From: Oceanispirochaeta sp.
GTDB lineage: Bacteria; Spirochaetota; Spirochaetia; DSM-2461
Assembly: GCA_963556075.3 (NCBI GenBank)
Contig: CAUVYB020000002.1
Coordinates: forward strand, 3,374,767 to 3,398,766
Length of the DNA stretch: 24,000 nucleotides
Reading direction: 5' to 3'
Part shown: one piece after another, positions 17,601 through 24,000 of the stretch
Layout: every line of letters begins with the position of its first letter
Position numbering within the stretch: position 1 is the first letter of the stretch
Notes under the pieces: model-generated
Seen by the model: the letters and a program-made list of their open reading frames with translations, nothing else
What the model was told of the DNA's origin: nothing
Database searches by the model: none
Program-made: the position numbers and the translations under genes

Positions 17601-17784
17601 CCTCCACCTCCAGGGCAGACGCACCGGGCCAGCTGAGCTCTATGGTGATCCAGTCGAACTCGATCATAGGCCAGATTCTCTTCTTGAGGTTCAGGAGCCC
17701 GAAGGTGCCTGCGGCGAAGATCAGAATCATCAGCCAGTTGGTCAGCAGGCGGTTGCCTACGAAGTAACTGATCAGCTTTTTCAT
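14635..17784 (-). CDS. RND efflux transporter permease (AcrB/AcrD/AcrF family)
   Basis: 1049 aa with the typical N-terminus (FVGNRLLTNWLMILIFAAGTFGL), a 12-TM two-fold repeat organisation and two large periplasmic loops. It has the conserved TM4 stretch (IGILVDDGIVIGESI) and its TM10 counterpart (GGIIVNDSVVLID). The start overlaps the adaptor stop (ATGA), and GGAGGAGGAG lies upstream. Confidence 0.95.
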   Translation of the reverse strand: MKKLISYFVGNRLLTNWLMILIFAAGTFGLLNLKKRIWPMIEFDWITIELSWPGASALEVEEALVLPLEERLRGIEGVEKVSSTASDGWANFGLETSSRSDIGRIMDKVRQEVDSAGLPEDADKPVIYQETEWNRVMLLFIYGPDDPKLLEDVAEEFREELLRTGELTQIETWGFPREKIILEPRPERLTRYGLSLEDIEYAVRTGSLDLSAGSILTDSEQIRIRTYEKKREIPEFEELPVKVLDSGRILRLKDICTIRRGRAENAVYTRANGRNAVGLQIMYGYDEDVVAISKIVDEKLPEFQERYQDQVTFQTYIRDVDELHERLGTLTASGLGGLLLVMLILGLFLNTRISFWVAMGIPISFMGLVFLEWVMGITINEMSLFGMIMIIGILVDDGIVIGESIYDHWKRLGKSRKQAAVDGTMEVLSPVLVSIATTIVAFAPYFFIYGEMGKYVSQIGLVVIISLLFSLVEAVILLPAHLSHSAALSEKARRPGALRARLLAAQDTLVNRIYAPFLDFALGHRPFILSLLGAAVMISAGAFAGQHIKAAFFPEIESPYVYAEFSFPAGTTAATVDEFRERTEALMLDFGRSWTENDRKHDNAVVDYLSWGNGTKLWIYLILIDNKEREFTVNEFSLALARQIPDDPVLESMFIGNDSLFGGSPISIRFLGRSDRELRRAAELFKDELTRIDGVKDIRDDTPLGEKEFVISLNDRGRALGLTTAGVSGQLRSGFYGSEIMSIQEGRNELPVLVRYPLAERDSLSRVEELLIKTPSGALIPFREIADYRLQRSRQRIRRENGYRSLRVMAGIDSEEAELNVVMNEINSRILPEILNRTEGVSLSQGGQAEQVNRMIRSMLFSMALALLLMFTLLLFQMKSWGQALLVLSLIPLGFLGAVYGHMIMGKPVSFISFLGSVALGGIIVNDSVVLIDCFNKKLRAGIPRPLAIREAAVQRFRPIIMTTLTTSIGLTPLIFQKSVGGQMLVPIGISIAWGLIFGTFLTLAVLPVVLSLMSSGTDAQLLEQSEGRDRDFQKKEPLPETGITLITE

Positions 17785-18986
17785 TTTTCGGCTCCTCCTC
17801 CGCTGCCGGCGGAGGCCGTACCGTCTTCTTCTGCCGCCATAAAGTCTTTCTCCGTCCTGAGGGCCATTCCTTCAAAGGGCTTCTGGATGCGGGTGGTGAT
17901 CAGTTCCAATCCTTCGGAGAGGGTCGGGGCGAGAACTGCGATGTCACCGTCATAAAGAAGGATCTCCACCGGGTATTTCTTCAGTACTCCCGATTCCAGC
18001 ACATTGACCGTACCGTCCCCGTTGATCAGGGCGCGGGGAATTCTGAAGGCCTTATCCAGCGTCCGTCCCGGAAGCTCCAACTCGGCGTAGTTGCCGGGAA
18101 AAAACAGAGGATTCAGTTCGGGATTTTCAAAGATCACATGGACGTCTACGGTCTGGGAGCTTCGGTCCATAACGGCGTCCTTCCGTTTTATCTCTCCTGT
18201 AAGGGATACATCCTTCCGTCCCTCGGGTCTGATGATCACAGTGCTGTTTAGGGTATCCAGCTGAAGAAGCTCATCCCTGGTCAGGGGAACTGATATTTCC
18301 AGCACACGTGTATCCGTCAGGGTCAGAAGGGCCTCTCCCGGAGAGACGATGCTGTAGAGCTGAGCTCCGTCGCCATCGATATGACCGGCGAAGGGAGCAT
18401 ACAGCCTGTAGTCTTCCAGGCTGTCCTCTAGTTCTCTCACCTCATAGTAGGCCTCGAGAACGCCGTAGGTGCCGCTCATCAGATTCTCTCTTTCCGACTC
18501 CAGGACGGGGAGGGCGGGGGTGACTCCCGTATTCAGCCGCTTCAGATAGGCGTTCCACTTATCATAGAGCGTCCCTCCTTCGGACTTGAGGGCGGAGCAG
18601 AGCTGGGCGGTACTCCGTATAAGAACCACACGGCTCAGAGAGAGGCTGTTCTGGATCACTTCGTCATCAAGACGGACAAGTAGCTCTCCCTTTTTCACGG
18701 CACTGCCGCTTTTCAGGTTGTTCCGGCTCTCCACGATTCGTCCGCCCGCCCGTCCGGCGATGACCAGAGAGCGGGAGGGGGATATAAATCCCTGACCTGT
18801 GATGATGATTCTGTAGGGACTGTAACTCAGAGGGACCGTCTCGACAAAACGGGCGTTATTCTTCTCTTCCGGGGCTTCCGGCCGGGCCGTAAAGGCGACC
18901 AGATAGGCTGTTATTCCTCCGGAGAGGATTAGAACGGCGGCTACAAGGATTATGTTGCGCCTGTGTTTCCTGAAAAAAGTTCTCAT
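17781..18986 (-). CDS. RND efflux periplasmic adaptor (membrane fusion protein, HlyD family)
   Basis: This is the ORF-track frame 17781..19028. The internal ATG at 18986 is preferred because GGGAGA lies 8 nt upstream and it gives MRTFFRKHRRNIILVAAVLIL, a membrane anchor. The lipoyl/barrel-sandwich pattern (VKKGELLVRLDD ... GHIDGDG ... GEALLTLTD) is typical of MFPs. Confidence 0.9.
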   Translation of the reverse strand: MRTFFRKHRRNIILVAAVLILSGGITAYLVAFTARPEAPEEKNNARFVETVPLSYSPYRIIITGQGFISPSRSLVIAGRAGGRIVESRNNLKSGSAVKKGELLVRLDDEVIQNSLSLSRVVLIRSTAQLCSALKSEGGTLYDKWNAYLKRLNTGVTPALPVLESERENLMSGTYGVLEAYYEVRELEDSLEDYRLYAPFAGHIDGDGAQLYSIVSPGEALLTLTDTRVLEISVPLTRDELLQLDTLNSTVIIRPEGRKDVSLTGEIKRKDAVMDRSSQTVDVHVIFENPELNPLFFPGNYAELELPGRTLDKAFRIPRALINGDGTVNVLESGVLKKYPVEILLYDGDIAVLAPTLSEGLELITTRIQKPFEGMALRTEKDFMAAEEDGTASAGSGGGAEK

Positions 18987-19249
18987 CTTTTGTATCTCCC
19001 GAAAACTGTAAAGCAAGTCATATGCCAATGTTGTTTTATTGAAGAAAAAGGGAGATTCAGCTATTTTGAGCCGGAGAAACTCTGGTGTTTTTTACCATAG
19101 CCGGGTCAAATTCCCTTTTCCCATTGCCGTCACAGTTTTAACACAATAAACGTTTGTTTTCGTTACTGCTGTTTTCGTTTATACGGAAAAAAATAGAAAA
19201 TGAGTAGGGTTTTGAGAATCAAAAGACGTAATTTGTATCGGTTTTTAGG

Positions 19250-19282
19250 GGACCGGCCGTTTCAGAATCATCCAGCCGGTCC
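19250..19282 (-). terminator. GC-rich hairpin 22 nt downstream of trpA; possible terminator or 3' stabiliser lacking a U-tract
   Basis: 8-bp perfect stem GGACCGGC (19250-19257) / GCCGGTCC (19275-19282) with a 17-nt loop. On the minus-strand RNA it is followed by CCUAAAAACC, so there is no U-run. Confidence is therefore low. Confidence 0.3.
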
Positions 19283-19303
19283 ACAAGGACGGGTACGGCG
19301 CTG

Positions 19304-20047
19304 TCAGTTCAGCAGCATTTTTACGGTGTCCCTCGCCGCCTGCCGGACGGACTTTCCCGACTCGCGGGCTTTTGTCACGGCACGGACGATGGCTGAACCG
19401 ACCACCACGGCATCGCAGTGGGGCATAAGGGTTTTCACCTGTTCGGGACTCTTGATTCCGAATCCGGCCATCACCTTTGTCTTTGTGGGCGCCAGTTTAT
19501 CCAGCAGGGAGAGATTGGTCTCATCCAGTCGGGTTTCAGAGCCGGTGATGCCGCTTCGCAGGGCCGTATAGATCCACTCCGGTTTCAAATCAAGAAGCTC
19601 ATTCAACCTCCCGGGAGTGACCGAAGGGGTGATCACCGGCAGAACAGACAGCTCTTCTTGTCTTCCCATTTCGTAGAGTCCCTCGTCCCGGCCGTAGACC
19701 AGGTCGGGGATGATCAGGCCGGCGGCTCCCGCATCCCGGGCGCTCTGTACCATAGATTCAATACCCCGGGCAAAGAGGATATTGCCATAGCTCATCAGAA
19801 AGACGGGGATTTCAAGTTCCCGGCTTAAGGTTCCCAGCATCTCCAGGGCCTGATCCACCCTGTAGCCCTGTTCCAGGGCCAGGCGGCAGGCGTTTTCGAT
19901 CACAGGACCGTCGGCGCTGGGATCGGAAAAGGGAATCTGCATCTCCAGGTAGGCGGCGCCTCCCTCAGCCAGTCCCCTGGCCACCTCAAGGCTGCCCTCC
20001 GCATCGGGGTAACCGGCTATAAAATGTGTTACAAGTTCAGCCTTCAT
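19304..20047 (-). CDS. trpA: Tryptophan synthase alpha chain
   Basis: MKAELVTHFIAGYPDAEGSLEVARGLAEGGAAYLEMQIPFSDPSADGPVIE... is the canonical TrpA N-terminus. ATG 20047 has AGGAGG 7 nt upstream and overlaps the trpB stop by 11 nt. The track's longer start at 20095 lies inside trpB and was rejected. Confidence 0.93.
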   Translation of the reverse strand: MKAELVTHFIAGYPDAEGSLEVARGLAEGGAAYLEMQIPFSDPSADGPVIENACRLALEQGYRVDQALEMLGTLSRELEIPVFLMSYGNILFARGIESMVQSARDAGAAGLIIPDLVYGRDEGLYEMGRQEELSVLPVITPSVTPGRLNELLDLKPEWIYTALRSGITGSETRLDETNLSLLDKLAPTKTKVMAGFGIKSPEQVKTLMPHCDAVVVGSAIVRAVTKARESGKSVRQAARDTVKMLLN

Positions 20048-21260
20048 CGCTGGTCCTCCTGCTTTCGCTTCTAAGGAAATCTCTCCAGTTCTCACCGTCC
20101 AGGGCGGCGGCGGAGATAAAAATATCCTTGTCCCCCCGGCCGGACATGTTGATAATCAGATTCTGATCTTTCTTCATCTGACGGGCCAGTTTCATGGCCG
20201 CCGCTCCGGCATGGGCCGACTCCATGGCAAAGATTAGCCCTTCTGTCCGGGCGAAAAACTTGAGAGCCTCCAGTGCCTCGCTGTCTTTCGCATCGGTGAA
20301 CTCTATACGGCCCGTTTCCCCCAGCATGGCCAGCTGGGGCCCGATCCCGGGATAATCAAGCCCTGCAGAAATGGAGTGGGTCTCCTGGACCTGTCCGTCT
20401 CCGTCGTGAAGAAAGAGACTCTTATAGCCCTGAATGATGCCGGGTTTGCCGGTGTCGCTCATTCTGACGGCATTGTTGCCCTCTCCCGCGCCCCGTCCTC
20501 CGGCTTCCACACCGATCATGCGGACAGACTCATCCTCCAGAAAGGGACTCAAGAATCCGATGGCATTGGAACCGCCCCCCACGCAGGCCACCATGGCGTC
20601 GATGGTGAAGTCCGCCTGTTCCTTTATCTCTTTGCCGATGACCGACTGGAACTCCCTGACCATATCGGGATAGGGGGAGGGGCCCAGGGCGGACCCAAGA
20701 AGATAGTGGGTCGTGTCGCTGTTGGCCGTCCAGTCGCGGAAGGCCTCATTGACGGCGTCTTTCAGGGTCCGTGAACCGGATGTCACCGGCCTCACTTCGG
20801 CACCGTACATCTCCATCCAGTAGACATTGGGATGCTGGCGGCGGATATCCTCCTCACCCATATAGATGACACAGGGCAGGTTCAGACGGGCACAGGCTGC
20901 CGCCGTGGCCACGCCGTGCTGACCGGCGCCGGTTTCGGCTATGATGCGGGTTTTACCCATGCGTCTGGCCAGGAGAGCCTGGCCGGCGGCGTTATTGATT
21001 TTGTGGGCCCCTGTGTTGGCCAGGCCTTCCAGTTTGATATAGATACTGGCCCCTCCCAGTTGTTTGCTGGCATTCCGGGCCGGAAGAAGGGGAGTGGGTC
21101 TGCCGATATAATCCCGACAGAACTCCTGGTATTCCTTTATGAACTCAGGGTCATCAATGGCCTCGCGGAAGGCCGCTTCCAGCTCCGCCAGGGGGGGCTG
21201 CAGTACTTCGGGTACATAACGTCCGCCGAAGGGTCCGAAAAAATCATTGTATTTGGGCAT
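20037..21260 (-). CDS. trpB: Tryptophan synthase beta chain
   Basis: 407 aa: FGPFGGRYVPEVL..., with the PLP-lysine context LKLEGLANTGAHKINN and the GGGSNAIG loop. An AAGGAGA RBS lies upstream. Confidence 0.97.
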   Translation of the reverse strand: MPKYNDFFGPFGGRYVPEVLQPPLAELEAAFREAIDDPEFIKEYQEFCRDYIGRPTPLLPARNASKQLGGASIYIKLEGLANTGAHKINNAAGQALLARRMGKTRIIAETGAGQHGVATAAACARLNLPCVIYMGEEDIRRQHPNVYWMEMYGAEVRPVTSGSRTLKDAVNEAFRDWTANSDTTHYLLGSALGPSPYPDMVREFQSVIGKEIKEQADFTIDAMVACVGGGSNAIGFLSPFLEDESVRMIGVEAGGRGAGEGNNAVRMSDTGKPGIIQGYKSLFLHDGDGQVQETHSISAGLDYPGIGPQLAMLGETGRIEFTDAKDSEALEALKFFARTEGLIFAMESAHAGAAAMKLARQMKKDQNLIINMSGRGDKDIFISAAALDGENWRDFLRSESRRTSDEG

Positions 21261-22707
21261 GGGATGCTATCTCCTTGAAAAATGCTTTCACTTTAGCCGG
21301 ATCCTTGCGGCCGGGTTCGGCCTCCAGTCCGCTGGAGGCGTCTATCAGTTCGGGGTGATAAATCCTGATAAGCTCACCCACATTATCGGGATTCAGCCCT
21401 CCCGCCAGCCAGAGTTCTCCCAGACCCCGGGCTCTGGCCACCACAGCGGCATCAATCTGTTTCCCCGTGCCCCCGGCCTGTCCTTTGACAAAGGCATCCA
21501 GCAGACAGGGTCGGGGATAGTACTCGGCGATCTTTTCCAGATCGGCTTCGGATTTGATGCGAAGGGCTTTGTAACCCCGGCCGCCTGCCACTGTCGCAGC
21601 CGACTCCCTGCCATGGTACTGAATCAGATCCAGATGCCCGTCCATCAGAAGTTGACGGATAAAAGAGGGAAGCTCTTCCTCCTCTTCCATAACCACCACA
21701 GCTACCTTGAGGGCGGAACAGGGGGGCAGGGAACGAATAAAGGCGGCATCGGTCTGCCGGGGGGAGGGGGCCAGAATAAAACCGCAGAGGTCGGCTCCCT
21801 CCGAAACGGCCAGATCAAAGTCCTCCCTGTTGGTCAGACCGCAGATCTTGACCAGGGGACGCCCCGGATTCCAGCGCTCTCCCAGGCGTTTCCAGGGGCC
21901 GGTCTTCTGATTTTCTCCGGTCCTGTCTATCTGTCTGTCCAGCAGCTCCCCAATCAGGTCGGGATTCCGCACCACTCCTTCGCCTACCAGAAGGCCGTTG
22001 AAGCCGCCGGAAAGAGCCAGATCCGCATCGGAGGCCTTCAGGATGCCGGATTCGTAGATCACACGGCACTCCCAGCCTATGAGACCGCGGATCTTCAGAG
22101 GAAGGAGAGGGTATATCCTGAAATCCTTCAGATTCCGGCAGTTGATGCCCGTCAGTTCGGGACGGAACGTTTCTGCCTTGGCGATATCATCGGAACTGTG
22201 GAGCTCGACAAGAGCGTCCATCCCCCATTCTCTGCATCTTCTATACATGGCCTGAAGCCTGTCCGCCTCCAGAAGAGAAGCGATCAGAAGACAGCAGTCG
22301 GCTCCGGCTCTGTAGGAGACATCGATATCCTCCACCGTAAGGAGGAAATCCTTGCGGAGAACCGCAAGGTCGGGACAGGCGGCCTTCACATCCATCAGAT
22401 CCTGCAGGGAGCCGGAGAAGTAATCGGGCTCTGTGAGGACGCTCACATTTCCCGCTCCCCGGCTCTGATACAGACGCGCCTGGTCTTCCGCTCTGGGCAG
22501 TTCGGCGATGTTCCCCCGGGAGGGACTGCTCCGCTTGACTTCGCAGATCAGCATGTTCTCCCGGTTGAAGGGGACCAGAGGGACATTGCGCTCAAGGGGG
22601 ATCTCAAATCCCTCGCCGGCCCCCAGCCGCTTTACACGTTCAGCCCTCTTGTCGGCGATCTCCCGGCGGATGTCCCGGTCGGAAGCTCCGCTTTCTGAAA
22701 GGCTCAT
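21244..22707 (-). CDS. trpCF: Bifunctional indole-3-glycerol-phosphate synthase / phosphoribosylanthranilate isomerase (TrpC-TrpF fusion)
   Basis: 487 aa. The N-terminal half carries IGPS motifs (EVKRSSPSRG, SVLTEPDYFSGS, LRKDF, INCRNL). The C-terminal half carries the PRAI pattern (LVKICGLTNREDFDLAVSEGADLCGFILAPSPRQ ... LAGGLNPDNV). Confidence 0.93.
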   Translation of the reverse strand: MSLSESGASDRDIRREIADKRAERVKRLGAGEGFEIPLERNVPLVPFNRENMLICEVKRSSPSRGNIAELPRAEDQARLYQSRGAGNVSVLTEPDYFSGSLQDLMDVKAACPDLAVLRKDFLLTVEDIDVSYRAGADCCLLIASLLEADRLQAMYRRCREWGMDALVELHSSDDIAKAETFRPELTGINCRNLKDFRIYPLLPLKIRGLIGWECRVIYESGILKASDADLALSGGFNGLLVGEGVVRNPDLIGELLDRQIDRTGENQKTGPWKRLGERWNPGRPLVKICGLTNREDFDLAVSEGADLCGFILAPSPRQTDAAFIRSLPPCSALKVAVVVMEEEEELPSFIRQLLMDGHLDLIQYHGRESAATVAGGRGYKALRIKSEADLEKIAEYYPRPCLLDAFVKGQAGGTGKQIDAAVVARARGLGELWLAGGLNPDNVGELIRIYHPELIDASSGLEAEPGRKDPAKVKAFFKEIASHAQIQ

Positions 22708-24000
22708 GCCTGTCTCTCCTTCTGAACTTTTCTCAGCCTGCGGACAAGATCCAGAACTCTGCCGTCCTCCAGGGCTTTTTTCGCCAGGGTATAGCCGTCG
22801 GCGATGCTGTCGGACTTGCCATAGACGAAGGAGGCGGCTCCCGCATTGAGGCAGCAGGCTTCTATACAGGCCTGATTCCCTTTGCCCTTCAGGATGGCGG
22901 CGGCCATACGGGCATTCTCATCCGCCGTGCCGCCGTTAAGATCATCTGTAACAAAGCCGCTCACTCCGGCCTCTCCGGGATTGAACTTGAAATCCTTCTC
23001 GATCCCGTTCTCATCAATAAAAAAGCAGCGGGTCGGGGCGGCGGGGGAGATCTCATCCAGGCCGTCATCGCTGTGGACGGTCATGACGCGGCGGACGCCC
23101 AGCAGCCGGGCCGCCCGGGCCATGACGGGACAGAGTGCGGGATCATACACGCCGATCAGCTGACATTCCGCCTCTGCGGGATTGGAGAGGGGGCCGACCA
23201 GGTTCATAATGGTCTTGATTCCCAGTTCCCGTCTTACCGGAGCGGCGTGGCGCATGGCTCCATGAAAGAGGGGGGCGAAGAGGAAGGAGAAGTTCATCTC
23301 GCCTATCATTGCCGCGGCCTGGGCGCTGTCGCTCTCCACCGGGATACTCAAGGCGCGGTAGAAGTCGGCGCTGCCGCTTTTGGAGCTGACCGAACGGTTG
23401 CCGTGCTTGGCCACGGGGATACCCATGGCCGCGGTGATCAGGGCGGAGAAGGAGGAGATGTTGAAGGTCCCCCGGCCGTCGCCGCCGGTCCCGCAGGTGT
23501 CTATGGTTTTCCCCGGTACAGCCACGGCCTGCTTCTTCTTTTTCAGGACACGGGCGCAGCCCGCTACTTCATGAGCTTTGATCCCCTTGGCGTTCAGAGT
23601 GACCAGGATGGATGCGATAAAGGCATCCGAGAGATTGCCCTCGGTCAGCTCGTCCATAAACTCTTCGGCTTCCTTCTCATCCAGATCCTGTCCGGCAATC
23701 AGTTTGTTCAATAGACCCTTCCTGTCCAGGGGTTCCCTCTTGTAGTGGAGGAAGTTCTTTAAGAGGGTATGGCCGTCCTCGCTGCCTATGGATTCGGGGT
23801 GAAACTGCACGCCTTCGATGATCTGAGACTTGTGGCGGACGCCCATGATCTCGCCGTCCGCCGAGCGGCTGGTGACTTCCAGGCATTCGGGAAGGCTTTC
23901 CGCCTCTGCCGCCAGGGAGTGGTAGCGGGTAAATCTGGCTTCTGCCTGCATATTGCGGAACAGGCCGTGTCCGTCATGCTTCATCACCTCCACCTTGCCG
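22704..24000 (-). CDS. trpGD: Anthranilate synthase glutamine amidotransferase / anthranilate phosphoribosyltransferase fusion (TrpG-TrpD); the 5' end lies beyond the window
   Basis: The frame is open to the window edge. The GATase C-terminus reads RYHSL...GVQFHPESIGSEDGHTLLKNFL. A full TrpD follows (DTCGTGGDGRGTFNIS, VAKHGNRSVSSKSGSADF). Its stop overlaps the trpCF start (ATGA). Confidence 0.9.
   Translation of the reverse strand, partial: GKVEVMKHDGHGLFRNMQAEARFTRYHSLAAEAESLPECLEVTSRSADGEIMGVRHKSQIIEGVQFHPESIGSEDGHTLLKNFLHYKREPLDRKGLLNKLIAGQDLDEKEAEEFMDELTEGNLSDAFIASILVTLNAKGIKAHEVAGCARVLKKKKQAVAVPGKTIDTCGTGGDGRGTFNISSFSALITAAMGIPVAKHGNRSVSSKSGSADFYRALSIPVESDSAQAAAMIGEMNFSFLFAPLFHGAMRHAAPVRRELGIKTIMNLVGPLSNPAEAECQLIGVYDPALCPVMARAARLLGVRRVMTVHSDDGLDEISPAAPTRCFFIDENGIEKDFKFNPGEAGVSGFVTDDLNGGTADENARMAAAILKGKGNQACIEACCLNAGAASFVYGKSDSIADGYTLAKKALEDGRVLDLVRRLRKVQKERQA

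Noticed and set aside
14635-18986. RND pair without an adjacent outer-membrane factor or local repressor
   Set aside because: This is common. The OMF is frequently encoded elsewhere or not required in some envelope types, so its absence in a 24-kb window is not informative.
18987-19028. N-terminal extension of the RND adaptor (MAYDLLYSFREIQK...), and the similar extension of trpA to 20095
   Set aside because: The internal ATGs (18986 and 20047) have strong RBSs and give a canonical membrane anchor and a canonical TrpA N-terminus respectively. The trpA extension would also lie inside trpB.
19071-19096. Weak hairpin (CCGGA/TCTGG) followed by a T-run on the + strand
   Set aside because: The stem is only 5 bp and includes a G-U pair. 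No plus-strand gene ends upstream of it, so it is likely a chance match in an AT-rich leader.
19200-19571. 123-aa + strand ORF starting in the trpA/RND intergenic region
   Set aside because: Most of it is antisense to trpA. It has no RBS or motif.
21247-22698. 483-aa + strand ORF spanning almost the whole trpCF gene in antisense
   Set aside because: This is a shadow ORF. Its translation is low-complexity (G/P/Q-rich) with no recognisable motif. The minus-strand frame carries textbook IGPS and PRAI motifs and sits in a coupled trp operon.
19304-24000. trpGD and trpCF gene fusions with overlapping stop/start codons, considered as a possible novelty
   Set aside because: The same fusions and the same coupling are well known from enterobacterial trp operons. 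This is ordinary biosynthetic gene organisation.
1-24000. Scan for CRISPR repeats, IS or transposase genes, integrases, tRNA/rRNA genes and phage or defence genes
   Set aside because: None were seen. The intergenic regions are short (at most about 320 bp) and contain no spaced repeat arrays or cloverleaf-like sequences. Every long ORF is accounted for by housekeeping, signalling or efflux functions.

Overview
Bacterial chromosomal window with no mobile elements, CRISPR arrays, tRNAs or rRNAs that I could find. I cannot assign taxonomy from the sequence alone.

Layout, left to right:
(1) A partial SixA-like histidine phosphatase on the minus strand, running off the window, sits divergent from rpsD (S4). 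rpsD has a clear sigma70-type promoter and a rho-independent terminator.
(2) A 1527-aa membrane hybrid sensor kinase has two separate extracytoplasmic sensor regions. It is followed by a single-domain receiver gene and an apparent 3' remnant of a second receiver gene.
(3) The most interesting part is a tightly coupled 8-gene plus-strand operon (about 6508-14619) with its own near-consensus promoter. Its genes, in order:
- an orphan PAS-PAS protein
- an RsbR-like PAS-STAS protein
- an RsbS-like STAS protein
- an RsbT-like serine kinase
- an RsbX-like PP2C phosphatase
- a soluble 1085-aa hybrid kinase (unassigned N-domain, PAS, HisKA, HATPase, REC, REC, HPt)
- a stand-alone HPt protein
- a REC + HD-GYP response regulator
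This reads as a stressosome-type module wired through a multistep phosphorelay to c-di-GMP hydrolysis. No RsbU/V/W or sigma factor is present.
(4) A convergent minus-strand RND efflux pair (adaptor plus permease).
(5) The distal part of a minus-strand trp operon: trpGD fusion (partial), trpCF fusion, trpB, trpA.

All domain calls come from motifs read by eye in the supplied translations or in my own translation. No database search was run.
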